Positions 43,001-50,122 of a DNA stretch of 64,000 bases are shown one piece after another. Position 1 is the first letter of the stretch. Every line of letters begins with the position of its first letter. Origin of the DNA: Patescibacteria group bacterium (GTDB lineage Bacteria; Patescibacteriota; Patescibacteriia; UBA1558; GWA2-36-10). The stretch spans positions 11,602-75,601 of the forward strand of contig JBAYIR010000002.1 of the NCBI GenBank assembly GCA_041665505.1, written 5' to 3'. The notes beneath the pieces were generated by a model. That model saw nothing but the letters and a program-made list of their open reading frames with translations. It had not been told where the DNA came from and did not search any database. The translations under genes were made by a program, and so were the position numbers.

Positions 43001-43926
43001 GGATTAAAAGTACCGGCCTCGGCATCACCATTTACACCATCACCAGAATAAGCCATAGCTGTATACCAAGAGCCGTTAGTGGATAGAGTAGTAGTACCAG
43101 CTGATACCTTGACCGCTCCTGTAAAAGTAGCGGCATAAGCTGGTGTATCATTTTTAAATAACCAATTAAATAAAGGTGTAAAAGAAGTAATACCTAAGGT
43201 ACTAACAATTATAGAAAAAACCAGCCAAGAGGCCATAGTCCGACGTAAAAGTATTTGTCTTGGCTCTCTTAATAGCTGTTTAAAGTCCGCCAAATTGAGC
43301 ACTGGTTGCATAGCCAATCTAGCTTGTCTATTTTTTGGTATTATTTTTTTCTCATAATAATCTGGCACAAAACGAACTAAAGGTTTTACTATCCATAATA
43401 AAAATAATTTGAATTCGCCTAGTCTGATTTTAAAATTATTTTTAAACTCTGCCCGATGGTCTAAAAGATAGCTGGCTCTTGGTCCAAAAAATCCCAAAAA
43501 TTTAACAAAAAATAAACTTATCCCGTACCAAGTAATTTTTAATAACAAAAATAAAAATAAATAAAGCCCTTTAAATATAGAAAAAACTCCTAGGGCAATA
43601 TTTTTTACTAAAAAACGTAATGATATTTCTACAATTGGCAATTTAGTTTTAACCAAACGGCTAAAATCATTAACTCTTGGCCAAAAATCACGCTTCAGAA
43701 AAGATGAAACTCTAGGTAAAAGCCACTTAAAGAATAAAAATAAATTTTTACCAATAAAAACAAGGCTAATAAATAATATATAGCCTATAAGTACTAAAGC
43801 TGAGGTGATTATTTTGGCCAACCAGACTAAAAAATAAACAAATAACTCTAATAATATCAGCGCCTTTTTAGTAGTTTGTTTACCATGACGCCTAAATTGC
43901 CAAACCGGCCAAGAATGTTTTTTCAT
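31075..43926 (-). CDS. Giant (4283-aa) membrane-anchored surface protein with LamG/ConA-like domain, repeated ~135-aa modules, coiled-coil region, two C-proximal TM segments and a C-terminal SH3b domain
   Basis: Single uninterrupted ORF. The N-terminal ~250 aa are polytopic. The product is Thr/Ser/Ala/Gly-rich. A LamG-like block is present (…WHHLRVAWRE…NGAFDGAIDEFNIF). Four to five FTSGxNAGQxRRIxDYxG modules are seen. The C-terminal SH3b-like block reads GWLNLRENPSKSAKILTQVNSGDKFEAV…YNWYKV. Confidence 0.8.
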   Translation of the reverse strand: MKKHSWPVWQFRRHGKQTTKKALILLELFVYFLVWLAKIITSALVLIGYILFISLVFIGKNLFLFFKWLLPRVSSFLKRDFWPRVNDFSRLVKTKLPIVEISLRFLVKNIALGVFSIFKGLYLFLFLLLKITWYGISLFFVKFLGFFGPRASYLLDHRAEFKNNFKIRLGEFKLFLLWIVKPLVRFVPDYYEKKIIPKNRQARLAMQPVLNLADFKQLLREPRQILLRRTMASWLVFSIIVSTLGITSFTPLFNWLFKNDTPAYAATFTGAVKVSAGTTTLSTNGSWYTAMAYSGDGVNGDAEAGTFNPIHPGPSVTDGAAGALALGHVAVGATATYAAAQFIGFKPSASGNLRGVQLILENLTITSLSNVDIVAELLSFPTATCTTSCSNYVSGTQGAYTYPSDTVVLRRAAIQFNKGLSGENLAPGQYGRGTFDFRFDPELAVTSGAHYGIRIINMGAGTPVFGTWAANAPYGDFPTVNGTIRTIGANDIDLVNAPTITMPKVLAAHNGLTAAAMVAANSAAGVGLPTVRRTQNEHWTATYSSSNSNWTLAGTVSGTQTNKLTTPTTGGTGAAWVNDGVPLTTLTLDSTASTVLCVASTSGFSINQTINLWDADTATVALTVASVTNSHASCSNGPAIVTTAATTTGFTTSKNATVAQAIWKNRIVQGAITTLTADSAVSTRVCVASIDGFSAAVGTAASVQIWDNNTAPIVTHRIASTNASDGACPSSGPSIILAANLTTAFTVAEGARIAEISANLSNVGTPSDGDVLRFTSYNFTQNPIGLNSQLARTTSVVLAYAKSQAVATSLTNYPFLSNRHIFFVAYGDANTDAPADGDIVIVGNGANNSDTADSTNLTNDYVWLNKAQHVVSIDRSWDAALAYTGNYGAAIGDGAGTRGNFAAYSYNGGWVSALVTPGSKLTIADTANQHYRITIPGKIVLDSDATLAFGDSTDPLPASTHADIYFDNVSPAASSLLTIDSPATVTLTVASTSNFAPGDTIIIDDNDSVATTRIVAAVESSTVITLTAALVTGYTVAQGAYAAKGPQTELPTGTDRRAGVYTMTGLTGTNAGTQDNNRTGRVNLYGQGSDDFRTMKSDLAVDIDGNIDTGYLGNNSTDAGATWVDVKDNVVGNWQPLDNITVAGATNQVVDNNLSSVRMGGTDDINQFPVWTGLAGLGRNALPTPNTETAEIGTIPVTNVYNADYNGGSPLYSANYASSTTWTLFGDGANTELNDAIYFGDQGTNMMYSLEANLGTLMNSSALFTWEFYNGAGWTSFTPRDAYKYQTRTGHSVPLSANTTRNSYTVSVTSGNQANFGVDQVVMIDDNDSSPIYRRISAVAAGVITFTEPVTADYTTAQSATISRLNGGQWKSFNPSNFFTENGNSPRRILSWTPYDLTGTPAKTTINGVNAYWVRVRISGFTSWTTSPVNQNTPIGMSGLERIDSGVLNVSSGSQEAKLGQITTGLSYNPNETFTLEYGNSPGWIETHKYSAAAIVPPSAPYVWHIKDGQMNINETNLTHLNIQNTNVDTTDYTVSGLVYMDMAADATSRRLGFLMRQSIDGNGYAALITKTNAANTVGLYTTLAGVPTVIGTPTTKAFSDSTWYCLKADVTGTALSVKFWATTDCNSGEPGSWDFTTTNATYTTGKTGVYVGSATSGAGTKAIFDSMSASNGWADNFDDADYWRLVGSSAGPIGNAYPSVPFTSSYLNFTIKHKGGWNGTVRPEVGDKIYISSTAIKSYKGLDNSIGITTSDANTKYEVWDFEWNPTNSNYTVTGSTTGAAGTATPGTTYTAPDSKISLRINSGNPTATKFGDRMLLLQNNYLRNNGAWTGVNGMGSAVLMPPTWATTGSPIATRYNIEGQSGTATARQHGTIDLWFKTNYTGSPATSTSPYGQYLLDYANQGDTDRLFVRHNTNGKLEVAIYAGAVQGTVLQQTFSATAGEWHHLRVAWRETATAFKRAWLDGVAFETNQGTTLAARGANAGLIRLGNNWQYNGAFDGAIDEFNIFDYEVDTSDACNFGNFTVPATIWTGGATAGCGSSIGTNIYRASFDSAMNPQEGWVWADYAWGSPNMIFTNGADTGNERIRVITYPERTRVWVDNTGEKYTPSARIKYGSGHEENGTAATLAGWSHNFTYHHKAARDSSSSPTYSPVLNLKRSTHIWSDEDISYTGATLAAANMVNQGIGFGVSAVGLAGLASMNLNHLSMENQYNNFAVTTNPYTSVTPYPTQTISKSVFYNYFDRAYTVIAKTQGSNMVGAYFVTTHVGAANIGAGYNAFTSQNVGIDGSIFMGHRNAYVTAPPAAAGGAATFVSGRLYTVANSEFYNNGVTGAGTSGALNFGVGVAKVTINDNKFSLNTNGIRLHGNAFVNMSDNTFDGHVSDGSVTVGAEYGSGIRSHPSYSSVSVTDNGSIFGRGMWNEADISMPPNTVTFEAESLLQFTGVDTQILSPVFFGTQDYNNMSRLGDTYMASTIPGTDIRMNYSSSTRDIVNQSTFGNMRTTGAGLIDTTVHTPGGYAWRMESQSADVPLEYSAKVIGVANEPLAVTGYIRVNSYYGSSNLPTVTLSGLGMTGANLTWTAADTANEWQQFVVSGTPTESALADLTISAQSSFVVEDEGSSEVIFNPLGNYLPPWVEDVDKSWTPNQWVGYLFKDTYGRIFEVVKNTPTILFLKGIVAPHLKSTTMVNATAGDYQLFRRPFVYLDDVSVLSGTVDTGTLDFFSSGQPVSPWLSTGLTASSIWGAQVGSFADIDGSFGQLLNDRLAVKRGLVSDVAATATTFVTDLTEATSNFYQNQTVVMMSGQNAGISRRISSYNGTTKAITVDAALPFAPAFNDEFVVLSQYSNVSSSGGGASAAEIAQAVWEYVDRKLTSATLSGGGALATSAEIATLQADVTYIKAKVDDIYTDTQYIRTQVDDIVANWGAYSAADIISSLTTVQTRIGEHTDLSSANTLFGRSKFLQEKWGTQTADAIFNKADDAYNKINSVQTELGYNGQSTSAYQDLQSVLAYVDQMEGYVDTLETLVGSPSDLSSADTLFGRIQQNYEAIAALNNLSAQQVWEYGVRTLTGGVSLDDPTQVWDVASALLSQNGSIGKLIADNLDATISSRGISNLTATDVWSAATRTITDIENDGLASLAASVWAYSSRELTAGDVTAQRVWDTLLTSITAVDSIGTLLKTNIDVTISSRASASDLAALQATLDQFIATLIIAEKAVNDVGASNTQFISTLASASDDFYNDGVLVFTSGANAGQVRRITDYVGATKQLTLNPALNSAPANGDTFTILAATANASLDPAAIWSYGSRYLSGATLDTGSLATLSDIESTETTLSAQLDTLINNLIVAQKAVNDAGASDTQFITTLTSTSNDFYNNGVLVFTSGVNAGQARRITDYVGSNKQITVSPALASAPSNADTFTILAQTANSAVDAAAIWSYGSRYLSGATLDTGSLATLSDIQATETVLSNAISANSAKLDKIISALIVAETAVADLSPSTTVFATALTNATNDFYKNNILLFTSGMNVGQVRRITAYNGTTKAITVDPALSLAPTDADTFTILAQTSNAATLDAASVWAYSGRYLSGANLDSGSLATLSNLQSTETTLSSGISTLQNTIDLLSDDLIAIRSTVSTAEIASTLSLLGSNLASTVDDLYTHALLTFTSGQNSGVARRIDDYNGTTKAIILEPDLPFAPNNGDAFTILKQLAVPVTKINTIQSDVAGIKDDVTLIKEDIALIKTQLDNIEASIASLETSINDIEVGSGSSTTNHTNVYNLKPEEMFSAMGTISSSISSINTKLGRLDNDTLDTILSVSRENMDDVKYVRNKIADFKTVANVQRQVVQETASPIVSTWYTSGSVDLNIMISNPALITQKVPFKIYLPKEAKTEHIIDDGGFNIQYDIQLDTLFASGEIELKPGESVKKFIKMRDIWLIAENDLSLAQAQAGDFYKKLQKNQYSSQALLLKNDVDERVEKILRTQKENTASPQDKIMTYRENKESLSAVNKDLEELKALVTQADASQGFLGAFGGMQAVSVWGIIIAFVTGFALLVTILFSMWRHQINIANGQLALQSNMAVIAGEPKPLVASSGAKAKKSTRAKKKVSKLAIEAIEEKINVNFTKFIWQKINRKIVWLVLIIILAVFSAYLLRSQIMILKNKIIATSDNKAIVTNVNDLVTNEAVDDFVISGNIDNELIDLSFSDGGNSSSTATSTGVEEVVVIYLIVKDTPTGWLNLRENPSKSAKILTQVNSGDKFEAVEKQSVADDSYNWYKVIVDDKISGWIYGQYITEIEG
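32700..34700 (-). repeat. Internal tandem repeat array (about 4-5 units of ~410 nt) inside the giant gene
   Basis: Near-identical DNA blocks are visible (e.g. AGTGACCCAGTGTCCAAAGTAGCTCC[CT]GATAAATAAC recurs at ~33590 and ~33995); protein units are ~135 aa each. Confidence 0.55.
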
Positions 43927-44085
43927 ATTTATTTTATTGATTTTTTACCGCTATATTATAACATAGTTTTAAGTTTTTTCATAACAATTTATCACAAAAA
44001 AATAAGACCTTCCGCACTCTAAGATCTTTGATATAAATTTATATATAAAATTTTATTTTAGCTCAGCTACGAAATATAAAATAGG

Positions 44086-44721
44086 CTATTTTTTATTCTT
44101 AAACTTTATAAATATGAAAAATAAGGCCGCTAGCAACCAAATAAAAAATAAAACTAAACATAAATAAAAAGTAGTATCTTTTATTTCCCAGAGGGATAAA
44201 GCTCTTTGCCAAATAGCCCCTAAATAACTAAGCTCTCTAACATTAAAATTAATATAGGCAGTAGCCTCGGCATTATCACTAACATCGGATACAACATTTT
44301 TTGATTGCACCAATAATTGTCCTTGATAATCCCCTGCTTTTAAATTAAGGGGTAATTGTAAGTTTAAATTTATCTGCTGAGCTTTGCCTGCTTCTAAAAA
44401 CAACTCCTTTGGCCATAAATGGAATTTTTCATTACTATTATTTTTGTCCAAATAAAAAAACAAATTAGTATCTAAGACTTCATCACCAATATTTATTATG
44501 GTCAATTTATCAATACTAATAATTTCCCCCGGAGAAACTACTGGGCCGACATTATATTCTTTAGCTGAAAAAATAATATTTTTAAAAGCCTTTGAGCCAG
44601 TTGGCCAAATGATTAAAAAAATAAAAACTATTATCTTAGCTAATTTGGACAAATTAAAAAAATATCTGCTTCCAAAATTATTAATCATCATCTTCCTCCT
44701 CATCGTCATCTCCCCTACCAA
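44086..44721 (-). CDS. Hypothetical membrane-anchored extracytoplasmic protein (N-terminal signal/TM, C-terminal TM); last gene of the NOX/cyt-b5 cluster
   Basis: 211-aa ORF; overlaps the upstream gene by 41 nt, so the true start is probably one of the internal Met residues (MMINN...). Confidence 0.4.
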   Translation of the reverse strand: MVGEMTMRRKMMINNFGSRYFFNLSKLAKIIVFIFLIIWPTGSKAFKNIIFSAKEYNVGPVVSPGEIISIDKLTIINIGDEVLDTNLFFYLDKNNSNEKFHLWPKELFLEAGKAQQINLNLQLPLNLKAGDYQGQLLVQSKNVVSDVSDNAEATAYINFNVRELSYLGAIWQRALSLWEIKDTTFYLCLVLFFIWLLAALFFIFIKFKNKK

Positions 44722-45523
44722 TGTTATTATTAGTAGATGGCGGTGGAGTACTATTTAAAGTATCAGGCGAAACTGTAGATCCTATTGTCCCTATTTTATA
44801 ACTAGCCAAAATATTACTAGCATTAGCTGAGTGCCCCTGAGCTGTAAAAGCTGCCGCTATATCGGCCCCACAATATTTAGTAATATTAGAGCTACCACCG
44901 GGATGAGAGCTTATGTATGAGGTGACATTATAGACATTAGATCCTACAGTTGCCCAGCAATCTGCTGATGAATTATGTTGAGCTACCAAGGCTGTAGTCA
45001 AAGTATAAGTAACTGGAATAGGAGTAGTTGGCTCGGGGCTAGTAGTATTTTGATTATTATTTACAGAATTTTTATTGGAATTTGTAGGATTATTAGAATT
45101 AGTATTAACACTAGCAGAAATACTAGTGGCCTCACCAATATAATATTTTTCTAGCAATGAATAGGCTGTGTTAGAATGATCTTTTGGTCTAGTTTTATCC
45201 ATAGTAGCAAAGGCTCTAGTAGCATCTTGCCCACAATATTTAGTAATTTCATTGGCACCGCCGGGATGAGAATAAATATATTCTGTCACATTATAAATTT
45301 TATTAGAAATCAAAAGCCAACAATCATTTTGATTATTATGATTTGATAATTCAAGAGCCAAAGTACTTTTGGTGATTGTACCACTGTCATTGGTGTTCTC
45401 CAATTGATTTGTATTATTTAAATTTTTAGTAATTGCATCATCATCTTTAAATAAGCTATTAGCATAAAAAAAGCATAAGGCTGTCCAAAAAATAAAAACA
45501 AAAATAATAACAATCTTGTTCAT
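44681..45523 (-). CDS. Secreted or membrane-anchored protein with two cytochrome-b5-like heme-binding domains and an acidic tail
   Basis: Two HPGG motifs in b5-like context (YIYSHPGGANEITKYCGQDATRAF; YISSHPGGSSNITKYCGADIAAAF), an N-terminal signal/TM and a C-terminal DDDEEEDDD tail. Confidence 0.7.
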   Translation of the reverse strand: MNKIVIIFVFIFWTALCFFYANSLFKDDDAITKNLNNTNQLENTNDSGTITKSTLALELSNHNNQNDCWLLISNKIYNVTEYIYSHPGGANEITKYCGQDATRAFATMDKTRPKDHSNTAYSLLEKYYIGEATSISASVNTNSNNPTNSNKNSVNNNQNTTSPEPTTPIPVTYTLTTALVAQHNSSADCWATVGSNVYNVTSYISSHPGGSSNITKYCGADIAAAFTAQGHSANASNILASYKIGTIGSTVSPDTLNSTPPPSTNNNIGRGDDDEEEDDD

Positions 45524-45532
45524 AAATTTATA

Positions 45533-46849
45533 TTATAATAATTTAAAGGCTTCTATATTAATATGATTTTTAGAAATATTTTCTTTCCGCAGAGCTGTGA
45601 CAAAATATTCTACCATCCCCGCTGGCCCACAAATAAAAAAATCACAAGTCCTAAAATCACGAACAAAAGAACTGAGTTTAGCTATATCAAAACGACCTTC
45701 CTGTTTAGAGACATAAGTAGTCAATTTAAAGTTTGGACAACTGGCCTCCATTTTTCTTAGCTCGTCTGCTTCGGCTAAATCATCTTCAGATGATACTACA
45801 TAAAAAATATTTACCTGGCTAGCTTCAGTTGGACAAGAAACATATGATTTGGCCATAGCTATAAAAGGCGTAATACCAATTCCCCCAGCAATCCAAACCT
45901 GATGACTATTTTTATTCGCTCTATCACCAAAATTGCCATAAGGGCCATCTAACTTAGCCAAACTACCAGCTGTAAGGGTAGATAATCTAGCTGTATAATC
46001 ACCCAATATTTTAGCGATTATAGCTAATCGACCATCTGGCAAAATATGAGCCACAGAAAAAGGGTGCTCTTCGCCTTTTTTTATATCTGGAAAAGATACA
46101 AAAACAAATTGACCAGGCTGACAAGCTATTGTTTTTTTAAGTGGCTTTAATATAATCTTAACAGTATTTTTACTAGGGTTGGTGACACTCTCCACCAAAA
46201 AAGATTTAGTCTTGATACCATATTCTATCAAAAATAATCTAGCCAAATAAAGCAACACGCTGGTAGAAATAAGTATCATATAATACCAAGCTAAAGCCTC
46301 CATTCTTTTGATATCACTATCTATCAAAATAGCATGCATGCCCCCCAACATTAAAGGTACAGCCAAGAGACTATGTAATGATTTGAGTCTTTCGTAACGT
46401 AGGCGCCAAAAAAAAGTCATAACAATCAAAAACATGAATATAATAATAGACAGATAGCCAAAAACAAAAGATATTTCCGTCCAATAAAGAAAAATGCTCA
46501 GTGGTGCCTGACTGGAGAGTGGCAAAAGTCTAAAAGCCAAAAATATTGGATGCAAAATTATCAAAGTAAAAGAAATTGTGCCTAAGTAGCGATGAATATT
46601 TAAGACTTTGGGCAGGCCATAAAAAAGCTTGTCCAACCACACAAAACGAGAAGCCAATAATAAAGAAAAGGCAAAAGCTGACAAGCCTATCAAAGCAGTT
46701 AATTTGCCTAAAGTAGTAAATAAAGCTGACCAAGGATAAAAAGCCTGACTAATGGGAATATTGCTATATAAAATAAAAATCGGAACTATTATTAATAGTA
46801 TTACTATTAATAAACTAAAATATGATATAAAACTTTTTTTATTTATCAT
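45533..46849 (-). CDS. NOX/ferric-reductase (FRE) family flavocytochrome: 6-TM bis-heme domain plus FAD- and NAD(P)H-binding domains
   Basis: Two His pairs in TM helices (HRYLGTISFTLIILH; HSLLAVPLMLGGMH), HPFSVAH (FAD), WIAGGIGITPFIA (GGxGxxP, NAD(P)H) and a C-terminal CGPAGM. Confidence 0.75.
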   Translation of the reverse strand: MINKKSFISYFSLLIVILLIIVPIFILYSNIPISQAFYPWSALFTTLGKLTALIGLSAFAFSLLLASRFVWLDKLFYGLPKVLNIHRYLGTISFTLIILHPIFLAFRLLPLSSQAPLSIFLYWTEISFVFGYLSIIIFMFLIVMTFFWRLRYERLKSLHSLLAVPLMLGGMHAILIDSDIKRMEALAWYYMILISTSVLLYLARLFLIEYGIKTKSFLVESVTNPSKNTVKIILKPLKKTIACQPGQFVFVSFPDIKKGEEHPFSVAHILPDGRLAIIAKILGDYTARLSTLTAGSLAKLDGPYGNFGDRANKNSHQVWIAGGIGITPFIAMAKSYVSCPTEASQVNIFYVVSSEDDLAEADELRKMEASCPNFKLTTYVSKQEGRFDIAKLSSFVRDFRTCDFFICGPAGMVEYFVTALRKENISKNHINIEAFKLL

Positions 46850-46860
46850 AAAATAATAAA

Positions 46861-48084
46861 CTATAAGGCTTTATTAATTTTTAATAATTTCTCAATAACT
46901 TCATTTCTCTCTGGCATGCTACGAGCATGAAGTATAGAAAATATTTGATTGCCTTTTTTAAATACTGCCGTACGCTGAGCTTCAATTAAAAAACCAGTTT
47001 TAGCAGCATCAAGACCATAAGCCATTAAACTATAATTACGATTAACTACTGCTATCTCACTCTCTGTACCATCAGGATTATTAGCATAAATTGTATATTG
47101 ACCTTTGGCGCTAGCCTCCACTATAGCTGCTTTAGAAAAGGCTTCTTGAGCAATTTTGGCCATTTCTTTGGCAGTAGAAACATTACTGGCATCCAGACCA
47201 GCAATATCATAAAATATTGTTTTTTCTAATCCTAGCTCTTTGGCTTTAGCATTCATCTGAGCTACAAAATCTACCCGTGACAATCCACTTGATTCAGCTA
47301 GAGCCACTGCTGATTGATTAGATGAAGCTAGTAGCATCGCTACCCACAAATCATAAAAAGAAACTTTTTGTCCTGCTTCTATAGCTACCTCACTAGTCTT
47401 ATCCTCGCCAACATATTCTTTGGGATAATTTATTTGCTCTGGAGTAATAGTTATTTCCTTATCCCAATCTGGATCAAGATCTAAAAGTACCAAAGCCGTC
47501 ATTAGTTTGGACAAAGAGGCAATTGGTAAAATCTTATCTTCAAAATAACCTTCTTGAAAAACACCATCTTCATATCTAGCATAAGAGACATCATCAAATG
47601 AATAACTAGAAACTATTTGCTTGTCACTGACTGGTATCTGATCTAAATCACTATTGCTAATACCCAAAGATAATTCTCTCATAATATCATAAGCTGCTCT
47701 ACCATCTTTGAGATAATATCTGATACCAGTGTCTGGATGGACATACCAAGCTTCACCATGAGATTCTACTTGTAATAAAATATAACCCTTTAATCTTTCG
47801 GTTAGTTTACGGTCATAAGCTTGACCACTGGCTGTTTTTATTTTTGCCAAGTCTTTATTGCTTATTCCTAAACTATATTTTCTCATAATATCATAAGCCG
47901 AGGCTCCATCTTTGAGATAATATCTAGTTTGCTCTACTGGGTGAACATACCAAGCTCGGCCATAGCTTTCTACCTGTAATAATATTTTTCCGGCTAATTT
48001 TTGCGACAAATCAGGACTAGCCGCTTTAGTTGCCAGTGGCCAGAAAAATTGACTAATAATAATGACTAATAATGCTTTATTCAT
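46861..48084 (-). CDS. D-alanyl-D-alanine carboxypeptidase (PBP5/S11-like) with a duplicated ~50-aa N-terminal repeat
   Basis: SxxK (ASLSKLMT), SxN (SSNQS), KTG (AKTGF); an N-terminal signal; two homologous repeats (LLQVESYGRAWYVHP…/LLQVESHGEAWYVHP…). Confidence 0.75.
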   Translation of the reverse strand: MNKALLVIIISQFFWPLATKAASPDLSQKLAGKILLQVESYGRAWYVHPVEQTRYYLKDGASAYDIMRKYSLGISNKDLAKIKTASGQAYDRKLTERLKGYILLQVESHGEAWYVHPDTGIRYYLKDGRAAYDIMRELSLGISNSDLDQIPVSDKQIVSSYSFDDVSYARYEDGVFQEGYFEDKILPIASLSKLMTALVLLDLDPDWDKEITITPEQINYPKEYVGEDKTSEVAIEAGQKVSFYDLWVAMLLASSNQSAVALAESSGLSRVDFVAQMNAKAKELGLEKTIFYDIAGLDASNVSTAKEMAKIAQEAFSKAAIVEASAKGQYTIYANNPDGTESEIAVVNRNYSLMAYGLDAAKTGFLIEAQRTAVFKKGNQIFSILHARSMPERNEVIEKLLKINKAL

Positions 48085-48208
48085 AGCTTAAATAATAACA
48101 TAATATAAAAATTGTTCAAAACATAGCCTAATGGGTTTTATAAAAACATATCTGACTCAATTTTAAAAAAGGTTTTTGTTTAAAAACCTTTGAAAAAAAA
48201 TAAAAATA

Positions 48209-49408
48209 TTATTCGCTTCTCAAAGCATCAACTGGATCTAATCTACTAGCTTTATAGGCTGGATAAAACCCAAAAAATATACCAACCACTACTGAAAAAC
48301 CAAAACCTATAATTGGTCCCCAGTAAGAAAAGGCTACGGCCATTATATTAAATTTGGAAAAAATAGGTATAATAGATGAGCCTAAGGCTATCCCCAAAAA
48401 TCCCCCTATCATAGACAAAATGACTGACTCTAATAGAAATTGTCCTAAAATATCCTCCTGCTTACCGCCAATGGCTTTGGCAATACCTATCTCCTTGGTT
48501 CTCTCAGCTACTGTCACAAACATTACATTCATAATACCAATACCCGAAACCAAAAGTACTATGGCGGCTACTGATGTGAGCAAAATAGTCATCAGTGCCG
48601 CTGACTCTTGAGCCGCACCGACCATAGCTCCAGCATCCATAATTCTAAAATCATCAGCGGCGCTATCTTTCAATTTATGTTCGGCTCGCAAAGCGGCTGT
48701 TACTTCTTCAGTGGCTATTTCTACATTATCTACATCATCAGCCAAAGAATAAATCATGATCTGAGAATTGGCACCCAAAACACTTTTTTCAGCTGTGCTA
48801 ATAGGGATAAATATAGAATCGTCCATTGATGTTGGCCCCATACTACGACCAGTCTCTTTGACTACTCCCACAATCTGAAATTGTTTACCAGCTATCTTGG
48901 CTGTTTGACCTATAATATTATTCTTATCCAAAGCTAAGGTGCTTATCAGGCCACTACCAAATATTACCTTCTTAGCATTATCTAAAATATCCTGTTCAGA
49001 AAAAAACTGTCCCGTGTCAATCTCTATACTAGATATACCAAAATAATTACTCTCCACGCCTATAGCATTGGCCGAAGCACTATCAGAATTAACAGATAGA
49101 GTGACATTGGCTTGCATCACGGATGATGATTGAGAAATATGAGGAGAATTGGCTAATATAATCTTGGAATCACTAGTAGACAATTTGGAACTACCTGTTG
49201 ATTCACGTCCTTGCATTTTCATCACTATAATTGAATCTGCCGACAAACCTTGGAACTGGTCACTAACAGATTGCTGAGCACCTTGGCCAATGGCAAAAAC
49301 CGCAATAACCGTTGATACACCAATGATAATACCGAGCATAGACAAAAAACTCCTAGTTTTATTACTAAGTAAAGATTCAAAAGCCATTTTGACAATTTCA
49401 AATTTCAT
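48209..49408 (-). CDS. ABC transporter permease, MacB/FtsX-like
   Basis: N-terminal TM, a large periplasmic domain and a C-terminal 3-TM FtsX-like region. Confidence 0.75.
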   Translation of the reverse strand: MKFEIVKMAFESLLSNKTRSFLSMLGIIIGVSTVIAVFAIGQGAQQSVSDQFQGLSADSIIVMKMQGRESTGSSKLSTSDSKIILANSPHISQSSSVMQANVTLSVNSDSASANAIGVESNYFGISSIEIDTGQFFSEQDILDNAKKVIFGSGLISTLALDKNNIIGQTAKIAGKQFQIVGVVKETGRSMGPTSMDDSIFIPISTAEKSVLGANSQIMIYSLADDVDNVEIATEEVTAALRAEHKLKDSAADDFRIMDAGAMVGAAQESAALMTILLTSVAAIVLLVSGIGIMNVMFVTVAERTKEIGIAKAIGGKQEDILGQFLLESVILSMIGGFLGIALGSSIIPIFSKFNIMAVAFSYWGPIIGFGFSVVVGIFFGFYPAYKASRLDPVDALRSE

Positions 49409-49409
49409 A

Positions 49410-50120
49410 CTAATAAGTGCTAGTCAACTGATAATTATTATCTATGACCTTACCATCTTTCATATAAATAATGCGGTCTGCATATTTGGCTACTTCAGCT
49501 GTATGGGTCACCATGATGATAGTTTTATTATTATTTTTAAGCTCTACAAATATTTTCATTATTTCTAAACCTGAGCTAGAATCAAGTGCCCCTGTCGGCT
49601 CATCCGCCAACAAAATATCTGGATCATTCATCAAAGAACGACAGATTGATACCCGCTGTTGTTGACCACCTGACAACTCTGTCGGCTTATGATTAGCCCT
49701 ATCAGCTATATTGACACTTTTCATCAATTCCAAAGCTTTAGCTTCACGAGTTTTCCTATCTTGCCCAGCATAAAGAGCTGGCAAAGAAATATTTTTTAAA
49801 GCACTCAATCTAGAAAAAAGGTTAAATTGCTGAAAAATAAAACCCATTTTTTTATTTCTGATATAGGCCAAAGTATAATCATCTTTTACCTGCCCAATAT
49901 TTTCCCCTTCCAAAAAATACTGCCCACTTTTCAAAGGGTGCAGACAACCTATAATATTTAATAGTGTTGTTTTACCGCAACCAGATTCTCCCATTAAAGC
50001 TACAAATTCTCCTTCCTTAATATCCAAATCAACACCATTTAATACTGGCACTTCTTCCGTATTGGCTAAATAATATGACTTATGTACCCCTTTGAGTACA
50101 ATAATAGATTTATCAGTCAT
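49410..50120 (-). CDS. ABC transporter ATP-binding protein (MacB/LolD-type)
   Basis: Walker A GESGCGKTT, signature LSGGQQQRV, Walker B ILLADEPTGALD. Confidence 0.85.
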   Translation of the reverse strand: MTDKSIIVLKGVHKSYYLANTEEVPVLNGVDLDIKEGEFVALMGESGCGKTTLLNIIGCLHPLKSGQYFLEGENIGQVKDDYTLAYIRNKKMGFIFQQFNLFSRLSALKNISLPALYAGQDRKTREAKALELMKSVNIADRANHKPTELSGGQQQRVSICRSLMNDPDILLADEPTGALDSSSGLEIMKIFVELKNNNKTIIMVTHTAEVAKYADRIIYMKDGKVIDNNYQLTSTY

Positions 50121-50122
50121 AA

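Noticed and set aside
31325-43086. Multiple 60-130-aa ORFs on the plus strand inside the giant gene (e.g. 32351..32632, 34565..34801, 37573..37974, 41708..41950)
   Set aside because: All are antisense to a 12.9-kb uninterrupted ORF and have Ser/Thr/Ile-rich shadow compositions.
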